In this document: piece by piece, positions 9,958 through 17,093 of the stretch
Layout of the letters: every line of letters begins with the position of its first letter
Numbering within the stretch: the stretch's first letter is position 1
From: an uncultured Hyphomicrobiales bacterium
GTDB taxonomy: Bacteria > Bacteroidota > Ignavibacteria > Kapaibacteriales > UBA2268
Assembly (NCBI GenBank): GCA_964589125.1
Contig: CAZPSM010000003.1
Location: 1 to 40,394 of the forward strand
Reading direction: 5' to 3'
DNA length: 40,394 nt
The notes under the pieces: model-generated
Databases searched by the model: none
Told to the model about the DNA's origin: nothing
Seen by the model: the letters and a program-made list of their open reading frames with translations, nothing else
Position numbers and translations under genes: made by a program

Positions 9958-10731
9958 ATGGGAAAAGTATTATCACTAATTTTGGTTTTATTTTTCGGGA
10001 TAAATGTTTGGTCGCAACAACCACTGCGATTACGTTTGACGATTTGGGGTAACGATTCAATTAGCACCGATAAACTTGTTCTTGGCTTCGATACTCGTGC
10101 AACCAATGGATTGGATACGATACTTGGAGAAATAGAACTTCCACCTCTTTTCCCACCGGGTTCGTTTGGGGTTTTCGGTGTTTTCATATTCTATGATTCA
10201 GTGCAAAAAAGCAATGTATGGTCATATATGGATATTAGACCGTTTCCCGAAAACTACGAGGATACAATTAAATTTCTCGTTTTGGCAAAACATGATTATG
10301 GATTAAAATTGGGTTTCGAATGGCGTCCGATCCCCGAAGAATATGAATATGCGTGGATTGTCGATGAATACCTTGGAACGCTTTTCCAAGTTAATATGAA
10401 GGAGAAAACCAAAGCAAGTGTCGATAATGAATTTCTCGATAAATTTTATGTAAAAATTAAATTGCAAAAATCCAATTCCGTAGAAGATAAATCATACGAC
10501 AACGCGTTCGCAGTTTATCCTAATCCGTTCGATGACTATTTCGCGATACAGAATTTAAACTCGAAAGAATTTCGCTTTTCGCTCTATGACGTTTTAGGAA
10601 AAGAATATTTAAGTGGTTCGACGAATTCAGGAGTAAACACCTTTTTTTTTTTTTTTTTGGGCAAAGGTATATATTATTTGCAAATCAACTGCGATGGTAA
10701 AACATATGTTAGGAAATTGATTAAATTATAA
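9958..10731 (+). CDS. Small secreted T9SS cargo protein (257 aa) with a poly-T tract inside its CTD-coding region.
   Basis: The signal peptide is MGKVLSLILVLFFGINVWSQ. The LGFDTRATNGLDTILGEIELPPLFPPGSFGVF module is present. The C-terminus AVYPNPFDDYFAIQNL...RFSLYDVLGKEY...GKGIYYLQINCDGKTYVRKLIKL is a T9SS CTD. Confidence 0.85.
   Translation: MGKVLSLILVLFFGINVWSQQPLRLRLTIWGNDSISTDKLVLGFDTRATNGLDTILGEIELPPLFPPGSFGVFGVFIFYDSVQKSNVWSYMDIRPFPENYEDTIKFLVLAKHDYGLKLGFEWRPIPEEYEYAWIVDEYLGTLFQVNMKEKTKASVDNEFLDKFYVKIKLQKSNSVEDKSYDNAFAVYPNPFDDYFAIQNLNSKEFRFSLYDVLGKEYLSGSTNSGVNTFFFFFLGKGIYYLQINCDGKTYVRKLIKL
10642..10658 (+). repeat. Homopolymeric T(17) tract inside a CDS, translated FFFFF-L.
   Basis: Counted directly: c + 9 T (10641-10650), then 8 T + gg (10651-10660). 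This gives acc ttt ttt ttt ttt ttt ttg ggc in the frame of the 257-aa ORF. Confidence 0.95.
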
Positions 10732-10751
10732 TTCGAAGGAGCTAATAGAGA

Positions 10752-11765
10752 ATGCAGAATGAAAAGAATCGGGAGGAAAGCCGAACAAAGAAACAAGGAC
10801 AAATTCAACAGATGCAAGGTCAAAAGCAAAAGAAACAACCGCTTGTTAGCGTTGTTATTCCATTGTATAACGAAAAAGAGTCAATTGCTGAGCTTGGGGC
10901 AAAGCTTGAATCGGTTCTTAACAAAGTAACAAAAGGTAGCTACGAGGTTATATTTGTCGACGATGGTTCCACCGACGGTTCCCGCGAAGAAATTCGGAAA
11001 TTGAACCATTCTAATCCAAAATTCCATTGTATCAGTTTGCGTCGGAATTATGGTAAATCGGCTGCACTTTCGGTTGGTTTTCAAGCCGCCCGCGGTAGAG
11101 TAGTTGTAACAATGGATGCCGATTTACAAGACGACCCCGAAGAAATTCCTAACTTATTAAGTAAAATTAACGAGGGGTACGACCTTGTCTCGGGTTGGAA
11201 AAAAGTACGACGGGACCCACTTAACAAGTTGTTGCCGTCGAAGCTTTTTAATTTCGTTACATCAATTGTAAGTGGAATTCGTCTTCACGACTTTAACTGC
11301 GGATTGAAAGCATATAGGAATATTGTGGTAAAACGACTCAATGTCTATGGCGAAATGCATCGCTATATCCCAGTTCTTGCACATTGGGATGGATTCAAAA
11401 TTACGGAAGTTCCCGTTAAGCATCATCCAAGGAAATTTGGACGAACCAAGTTCGGCTCGGGTCGTTTTATTAAAGGTTTCTTGGACCTTCTTACTGTTAT
11501 GATTACTACAAGATATATGCAAAGACCCTTACATTTTTTTGGAACGATTGGGACGATAGTTACTTGTTTAGGATTTTTGATAAATTTGTATTTGTTAATT
11601 GAATGGATTATGGGAGAAACTTATTTAAGTAATAGACCTTTGTTGCTTTTCGGGATTACTTTGATTATTTTCGGTGCCCAAATGGTTTCTATTGGACTGC
11701 TCGGTGAAATGAATGTTAAAACCTCGGTCGAAAAAATGAAGTATAATATTAAAGAAAAATTTTAA
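10752..11765 (+). CDS. GT2-family polyprenyl-phosphate glycosyltransferase (DPM1/GtrB/ArnC-like) with C-terminal TM helices.
   Basis: SD aggag lies upstream. VSVVIPLYNEKESI...YEVIFVDDGSTDGS...LRRNYGKSAALSVGF..A.G..VVTMDADLQDDPEEIP is the classic GT-A/GT2 layout with a DxD (DAD) motif. The hydrophobic C-terminus (FGTIGTIVTCLGFLINLYLLIEW, LLLFGITLIIFGAQMVSIGLLGE) is typical of the polyprenol-phosphate-utilising subgroup. Confidence 0.85.
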   Translation: MQNEKNREESRTKKQGQIQQMQGQKQKKQPLVSVVIPLYNEKESIAELGAKLESVLNKVTKGSYEVIFVDDGSTDGSREEIRKLNHSNPKFHCISLRRNYGKSAALSVGFQAARGRVVVTMDADLQDDPEEIPNLLSKINEGYDLVSGWKKVRRDPLNKLLPSKLFNFVTSIVSGIRLHDFNCGLKAYRNIVVKRLNVYGEMHRYIPVLAHWDGFKITEVPVKHHPRKFGRTKFGSGRFIKGFLDLLTVMITTRYMQRPLHFFGTIGTIVTCLGFLINLYLLIEWIMGETYLSNRPLLLFGITLIIFGAQMVSIGLLGEMNVKTSVEKMKYNIKEKF

Positions 11766-11783
11766 CAACAATTTAGGTTCATT

Positions 11784-12524
11784 ATGTTACAAAAGTTGAT
11801 TATATTGCTAATTGTAATATTTATACCTTTAGGTTTGAATTTTGCACAATTCAAAGATTTGTCGGTCGAGGTGGGAACAATACCCGTAAGGGTTTTCGGC
11901 AACAATGCAATTACTGCCTCGTTACGAGAAACCCCCGAAGGTGGAAGCTTAGGAGGCGGTTTCTTTGGCTTCCAAAATTCATTTGCGCTGAAAAGTGTAT
12001 GGCAAGTTGATTCCAAAGGTAGATTTGCAATTCCCTTCGGGGTTGAATGGGTATTCTATCGTGCGTTATATAGAATTCCATACACTAGTTCGGTTACTTT
12101 TTACATAGACCATTCCATAGATGTTCCAACATTAACTTTAGGATTTCGATATAATATGTTTAAACTTCCTTTTGCCAATGTTAAGGCATATACCGAGTTC
12201 AATGCTCGCGGTGCCTTCGTTGGAAAAAATAATTTTCGAACGCGTGTAGAATATTTAAACTATGATTCAGTTCATACTGCAAACCGTTCATATAAAAATG
12301 GAGTGTTTCGCTTGGGAGGTGGTTTAAACTTCGGTTTCGTTGGGGAAATTGCTCATCCTTGGTACGTTAATATTCTAACAGGTGTAAGTTACGTAAACCT
12401 TTTGTTTAAGAATGATGCTCGTGGTGAACTGTTGACTATAGTAAATACCAACGAATTGAAAGAGAATCCGGTTTACAATTTCTATGTAGGATTGCTTGTT
12501 CAATATAGACTTGGCAATGAGTAA
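11784..12524 (+). CDS. Putative outer-membrane beta-barrel protein (246 aa); family not determined.
   Basis: The signal peptide is MLQKLIILLIVIFIPLGLNFAQ. Alternating hydrophobic/polar strands rich in aromatics and glycine run throughout (FRLGGGLNFGFVGE, YVNILTGVSYVNLLF, NFYVGLLVQYRL). The size class is similar to small OMP_b-brl/PorT-like barrels, but no diagnostic motif was recognised. Confidence 0.55.
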   Translation: MLQKLIILLIVIFIPLGLNFAQFKDLSVEVGTIPVRVFGNNAITASLRETPEGGSLGGGFFGFQNSFALKSVWQVDSKGRFAIPFGVEWVFYRALYRIPYTSSVTFYIDHSIDVPTLTLGFRYNMFKLPFANVKAYTEFNARGAFVGKNNFRTRVEYLNYDSVHTANRSYKNGVFRLGGGLNFGFVGEIAHPWYVNILTGVSYVNLLFKNDARGELLTIVNTNELKENPVYNFYVGLLVQYRLGNE

Positions 12525-13608
12525 ACAAAAAATTATTTATCATCCAGATTGCAAGTTTTTTCGAGGCGATATCCCTTGCTATCCGCATAAGCAATTTGGA
12601 ACAGTTTGTTCCGATTGCCGTTTCTACGCTCCACGCGAGAACATTATTCTTATTATTAAACTGGGTGCCGTAGGGGATGTAATTCGGACTACACCTCTAA
12701 TCCATCGGATTTTAGCAGAGCATCCTAAATCGGCTATATGGTGGGTTACTTTAACGCCGGAGATTATACCTTCTGTTGTCGACAGAGCGCTCCCATTTAA
12801 TTTCGAAACTATGCTCATTTTGCAACAAACGGAATTTTATAAAGTAATAAATTTGGATAAAGACCCACAGGCTTGCGCTCTTGCAAAATCCTTGAAAGCG
12901 AAAGAGAAATATGGTTTCACGTTAAAGAATGGCAAGCCAGCACCTATGAATGCCTCGAGCGAACATAAGTTTTTAACTGGTATCTTCGACCCAATAAGCC
13001 GAGAAAATACCAAGTCGTATTTGCAAGAAATATTCGAAATTGTTGGATGGAAATACAAAGGAGAAGAATATATCGTAGATGTTGAAGAAGATGTCAATTG
13101 GGTTTTAACCGAAAAACGGATTCCAATAGTTGGTTTGAACACGGGGTGTGGGGAGCGTTGGACTTCCCGGCTTTGGCCCGAACATAACTGGCTCGAATTA
13201 ATTCAATTACTACTTGAAAACGGTTACTTCCCACTTTTGTTGGGTGGTAAATCGGAAGACAAAAAGAACCGAGAACTTGCAAAAAAAACCGGGGCTACCT
13301 ATATCGGTCATTTCGATTTAAAGAAATTTATTGTACTTGTAAATCATTGCGATTTGGTTGTTACGGCGGTAACATTGGCGCTACATATTGCAATTGGGCT
13401 ACGCAAGAAGGTTGTATTGTTTAATAATATATTTAATCGGCACGAATTTGAACTTTTCGGAAGAGGAATTATCCTTGAACCCGAAAAACCTTGCCAATGC
13501 TTTTTTAGTCCTAAATGCGTTAATCCCGATTATTTCTGTATGGACTATATTTTTCCTTCAAGAGTTTTCCAAGAAATAAAGAGCCTTCTTCCTGTTTCGC
13601 AGTATTAG
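12517..13608 (+). CDS. GT9-family glycosyltransferase (ADP-heptose:LPS heptosyltransferase-like) with an N-terminal four-Cys extension.
   Basis: ILIIKLGAVGDVIRTTPLIHRILAEHPKSAIWWVT is the hallmark N-terminal GT9 motif. The later GLNTGCGERW..R.WP...W..L and LLGG..E motifs fit GT-B heptosyltransferases. ATG 12517 overlaps the upstream stop by 8 nt (ATGAGTAA) and is preferred over the in-frame TTG 12496 used by the ORF track. Confidence 0.85.
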   Translation: MSKQKIIYHPDCKFFRGDIPCYPHKQFGTVCSDCRFYAPRENIILIIKLGAVGDVIRTTPLIHRILAEHPKSAIWWVTLTPEIIPSVVDRALPFNFETMLILQQTEFYKVINLDKDPQACALAKSLKAKEKYGFTLKNGKPAPMNASSEHKFLTGIFDPISRENTKSYLQEIFEIVGWKYKGEEYIVDVEEDVNWVLTEKRIPIVGLNTGCGERWTSRLWPEHNWLELIQLLLENGYFPLLLGGKSEDKKNRELAKKTGATYIGHFDLKKFIVLVNHCDLVVTAVTLALHIAIGLRKKVVLFNNIFNRHEFELFGRGIILEPEKPCQCFFSPKCVNPDYFCMDYIFPSRVFQEIKSLLPVSQY

Positions 13609-13666
13609 TATTGTTATTTTGGCATTAGATTTGCGTATATTTAAAAGCATATAATCGAATTTGGGT

Positions 13667-15628
13667 ATGAAGGTATCGCGTAACGATTTCGACTACTTAC
13701 GGATTGGGGTGGTTTCCCCCGAGTTGCGTATCGCAAACGTTGATTTCAACGTTCGTAAAATCTTAGAAGAATGCAAAAAAATTGAAAAAGAGAAAGTCGA
13801 AATTATTGTTTTCCCCGAGTTATCTCTTACTGGTTACAGTTGTGGAGATTTATTTTTTCAGAAGGAATTGCAATCTAAGGGTATCGAAGGATTACGGCAA
13901 ATTAAAGAATTTTCCCAAGGCCATCCTTACGCAATTATCGTTGGAGTTCCGCTTGCTTTTCGGGATAGGATTTTCAATTGTGCCGCGGTAATCTGTGATG
14001 GTGAAATCGCTGGAATTGTTCCAAAAACCTTTCTTGCGAACTCAAGTGAATATTACGAGAAGCGTTGGTTTACCTCGGGATTAGTTGCTGACTTCGATTC
14101 TGTTGATTTGTTTGAACAAAACATTCCATTCGGTTCCGATTTGATTTTCGTTGCGAAAAGAAATAGCAGTTTAACTTTTGGAATTGAAATTTGCCAGGAC
14201 CTTTGGAGCATTATGCCACCGAGTTTTGAATTGTGCCTTGCCGGTGCGAAAGTGATTATAAATTTAAGTGCCAGCGATGACTATGTGGGGAAATTTGATT
14301 ATCGTCGAACACTGGTTGCAACTCAATCTGCACGTGGAAATTGTGCCTATGTTTACGCCGATAGCGGTTCTTGGGAATCCTCTACCGATTTGGTTTTTTC
14401 TGGACATTCCTTAATTGCCGAAAATGGGCGAATACTTGCCGAAAGCAAGCGTTTTGAGTTAGCGGGAGCATCGCTTGTTGCCGATATAGACCTCGAACTA
14501 CTTACAAGCGAGCGACAGAAGAATGATTCATTTCGCGATATTTTCTTACAAAGGAAATTCAGATTTATCGAAGTTAATATAAAAAAATCGAAAGCCGCGC
14601 AGCTTAAAAGACCTGTTAATCCGTTTCCATTTTTACCAAAGGACAACGCCGAACGAAGTAAAGTATGCAAAGAAATATTCGAAATTCAATCTACTGCTCT
14701 TGCTCGCCGACTGTTGCATACCGGTTCGAAAGACGTTGTAATTGGAATTTCGGGTGGATTAGATTCTACGCTTGCTCTGCTTGTTTCTCTGCAAGCATTC
14801 GAAAAACTTTCATATGATAAACGAGGAATCCATTGTGTCATAATGCCCGGTTTTGGGACAAGCGAGCGGACCAAGTCGAACGCAGAGAATTTGGTGCAAC
14901 TCTTCAACACTTCACTTGAAGTGGTTGATATACGCAGTGCAGTCTCCAAACATCTCGAAGATATTGGTGTCTCTGCCGATTCGCATGATATTGTCTACGA
15001 AAATGCGCAAGCAAGAGAAAGAACACAGATTCTAATGGATTTAGGAAATAAATATAATGGGTTGGTAGTAGGTACAGGAGATTTATCGGAAATTGCTCTT
15101 GGCTGGTCAACTTATAATGCCGACCATATGTCGATGTATAATGTAAATGCCGGGGTTCCTAAAACTTTAGTTCGCTACGTTATTCGGTGGGTAGCCGAAG
15201 AGTTCTATGGTGGTGAAATTTCTCAGCGGCTACTCGATATCATCGATACTCCTATCTCGCCCGAACTTTTGCCATCGGATGAAAATGGAGAAATCTCGCA
15301 AAAAACCGAAGAGATTATTGGTCCTTTCGATTTAAATGATTTCTTCTTGTATTATCTCTTCCGTTATGGTTTTAAGCCTAAGAAGATTTATTTTCTTGCA
15401 ACATTGGCTTTCGGGAAGAGGTTCACGGAGGAAGAAATTGCTAAATGGTTGAGTAACTTTATAAAACGTTTCTTTTTGAACCAGTTCAAGCGGAGTTGTA
15501 TGCCCGATGGTCCAAAAGTGGGGACGGTTGCACTTTCCCCACGCGGTGATTGGCGTATGCCCAGCGATGCAGAATTTGCTATTTGGCTCGAAGATTTAAA
15601 CGAACTTGTAAAAGGCGATGATGAATGA
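13667..15628 (+). CDS. nadE: Glutamine-dependent NAD+ synthetase (N-terminal CN-hydrolase/glutaminase domain plus C-terminal NAD synthetase domain).
   Basis: The N-terminal half has nitrilase-superfamily motifs (IIVFPELSLTGY, the catalytic-Cys context FGIEICQDLW). The C-terminal half has the PP-loop VVIGISGGLDSTLALLV and NVNAGVPKTLV. The ~650-aa two-domain length fits. ATG 13667 is preferred; TTG 13661 is possible. Confidence 0.9.
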   Translation: MKVSRNDFDYLRIGVVSPELRIANVDFNVRKILEECKKIEKEKVEIIVFPELSLTGYSCGDLFFQKELQSKGIEGLRQIKEFSQGHPYAIIVGVPLAFRDRIFNCAAVICDGEIAGIVPKTFLANSSEYYEKRWFTSGLVADFDSVDLFEQNIPFGSDLIFVAKRNSSLTFGIEICQDLWSIMPPSFELCLAGAKVIINLSASDDYVGKFDYRRTLVATQSARGNCAYVYADSGSWESSTDLVFSGHSLIAENGRILAESKRFELAGASLVADIDLELLTSERQKNDSFRDIFLQRKFRFIEVNIKKSKAAQLKRPVNPFPFLPKDNAERSKVCKEIFEIQSTALARRLLHTGSKDVVIGISGGLDSTLALLVSLQAFEKLSYDKRGIHCVIMPGFGTSERTKSNAENLVQLFNTSLEVVDIRSAVSKHLEDIGVSADSHDIVYENAQARERTQILMDLGNKYNGLVVGTGDLSEIALGWSTYNADHMSMYNVNAGVPKTLVRYVIRWVAEEFYGGEISQRLLDIIDTPISPELLPSDENGEISQKTEEIIGPFDLNDFFLYYLFRYGFKPKKIYFLATLAFGKRFTEEEIAKWLSNFIKRFFLNQFKRSCMPDGPKVGTVALSPRGDWRMPSDAEFAIWLEDLNELVKGDDE

Positions 15629-16307
15629 TGTAATTTTGCCGGATATAATCAAAGTTGTAATAGCCGACGACCACGAAATTGTTCGAGCTGGTATCCGCCG
15701 GATTCTTTCGGTTGATAAGCGAATTAATTTGCTTGCCGAGACTTCCAATGGGGAGGAGGCAATCTTGTTGGTCGAGGAATATGTGCCACACATTGCCTTG
15801 CTCGATATTAGTATGCCAAAAATGGATGGTATTGAAGCAGCAAGGCATATTAAGGATAAATTTCCCGATGTACTTGTGTTAATTTTGACTGCATTTGAAG
15901 ATTTTCGTTTCATCGAGCGAGCACTAAAAGTTGGAGCGGATGGCTATTTGTCCAAAGATATTTCGCCACAATTTCTTATCGAAGCAATTTACAAAGCTTT
16001 GCAAGGAGAAAGGGTTTTTTCCCGTTCAATTTTGAGAGTGCTTGAACAACAACAGCCTTCAATTGCATATCAAGAGGTAGTAACAAACCCGAATATCACT
16101 ATCACAAAGCGTGAACAGGAGATTTTGAATTATGTTGCTCTTGGCAAAACAAGCCAGGAAATCGCCGACATTTTGAATATTAGTCTTCGAACCGTGCAAA
16201 CACATAGGTCCAATATTATGCAAAAACTTGGTATTAAAACTGCCTCCGGTCTGATACGCTTTGCTGTGATGCGCTCCATAAACAAGCCAAATAATTTAAA
16301 TAAGTAG
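15618..16307 (+). CDS. Two-component response regulator, NarL/FixJ (LuxR-type HTH) family. No cognate histidine kinase is present in the window.
   Basis: The receiver domain has an acidic pocket (IADDHE), the phospho-acceptor context ALLDISMPKMDG, LILTAF and GADGYLSKD. The C-terminal part is ITKREQEILNYVALGKTSQEIADILNISLRTVQTHRSNIMQKLG. The start overlaps the nadE stop by 11 nt. Confidence 0.9.
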   Translation: MMNDVILPDIIKVVIADDHEIVRAGIRRILSVDKRINLLAETSNGEEAILLVEEYVPHIALLDISMPKMDGIEAARHIKDKFPDVLVLILTAFEDFRFIERALKVGADGYLSKDISPQFLIEAIYKALQGERVFSRSILRVLEQQQPSIAYQEVVTNPNITITKREQEILNYVALGKTSQEIADILNISLRTVQTHRSNIMQKLGIKTASGLIRFAVMRSINKPNNLNK

Positions 16308-16391
16308 AAATACGTATTAATATTTACCTATATTAACCTAATTTGCGGTTTGTAGCAGAATGATATTTCAAACAATATTTGAGATTGGTAG

Positions 16392-16958
16392 ATGCAATTT
16401 ACAGATTCGAAACACACAATTTTTATAGTCGATAAGCATCCGGTTTTTCGGCTTGGCTTGCAATGGTGTATTGCCTCCGAATCAAATTTCGAGGTCATAG
16501 GAGAAGCTACCGATGGTGTGGAAGCTTATAGCAAGATTGTATTACTTGAACCCGAAGTTGTAATTCTGGGTGTCGGTATGTCGGAAATCGATGTGGTTGA
16601 GCTTACGAATAAGATTTCTTTTTTAGAGAAACGGCCCAAAATAATATTGGTTGCCGACGATGAAAAATCTATCGATTTAGGTTTCATTTTCGAATCAAAA
16701 GTTAATGGTTTGATTTATAAGGGGATTTATACTGCCGACCTTTTGCTTGCATTAAACGAGGTTATAGCAAGCAACAGTGTATATAGCAAAGCCTTATTTG
16801 ATTTTCCAAGAAATGGAAATGAAGCGGGGATGGGGATAATTTCCATAACAGATTCCCAGAAAGATATTATAGCTCGAAGCCTTAAGAACAAGTATATGAA
16901 TGGGAATAAGTTCGAGGTAAATTCGCTGCTATTAGATGTTATTTATGGGTTCCATTAA
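16392..16958 (+). CDS. Degenerate receiver-domain protein (pseudo-receiver) with a truncated or decayed LuxR-type C-terminus.
   Basis: It aligns by eye to the upstream regulator (IFIVDKHPVFRLGLQ...FEVIGEATDGVEAY...PEVVILGVGMSEIDVVEL...IILVADDE...GLIYK). The phospho-acceptor Asp position is Gly (codon ggt 16569-16571). The DD pair is DK. Only ~40 aa follow the receiver region (ITDSQKDIIARSLKNKYMNGNKFEV...), so no complete HTH is present. Confidence 0.7.
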   Translation: MQFTDSKHTIFIVDKHPVFRLGLQWCIASESNFEVIGEATDGVEAYSKIVLLEPEVVILGVGMSEIDVVELTNKISFLEKRPKIILVADDEKSIDLGFIFESKVNGLIYKGIYTADLLLALNEVIASNSVYSKALFDFPRNGNEAGMGIISITDSQKDIIARSLKNKYMNGNKFEVNSLLLDVIYGFH

Positions 16959-16985
16959 TGTTTTTGGTGATGGGTTTCTATCGAA

Positions 16986-17003
16986 AAATGATTAAAATGA
17001 TTA
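16986..17003. repeat. Perfect tandem 9-mer (aaatgatta x2) in the AT-rich 135-bp region upstream of the tail-fibre-like gene; a possible operator.
   Basis: aaatgatta occupies 16986-16994 and again 16995-17003. A related taatgattt lies at 17061-17069. tttttggtg also occurs twice (16963-16971 and 17012-17020). Confidence 0.3.
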
Positions 17004-17093
17004 AGTGTCTATTTTTGGTGTTCTTCTATGTTCAATTATTTGTTAAATTTAACTTTATGATAATGATTTGAATAAATAAATTTGTTAGGAAAA

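Noticed and set aside
13281-13290. A(8) and A(7) runs in the GT9 and nadE genes (13281-13288 and 14581-14587) as phase-variation tracts
   Set aside because: They are short, encode ordinary Lys-Lys codons in an AT-rich genome, and lie in housekeeping-type genes. They are far less slippage-prone than the T(17) tract.
13609-13666. An NAD-responsive riboswitch or a clear sigma-70 promoter upstream of nadE
   Set aside because: The spacer is only ~55 nt and shows no convincing stem architecture. A TATAAT (13650-13655) exists, but candidate -35 hexamers sit at 13- or 19-nt spacing, so no confident call can be made.
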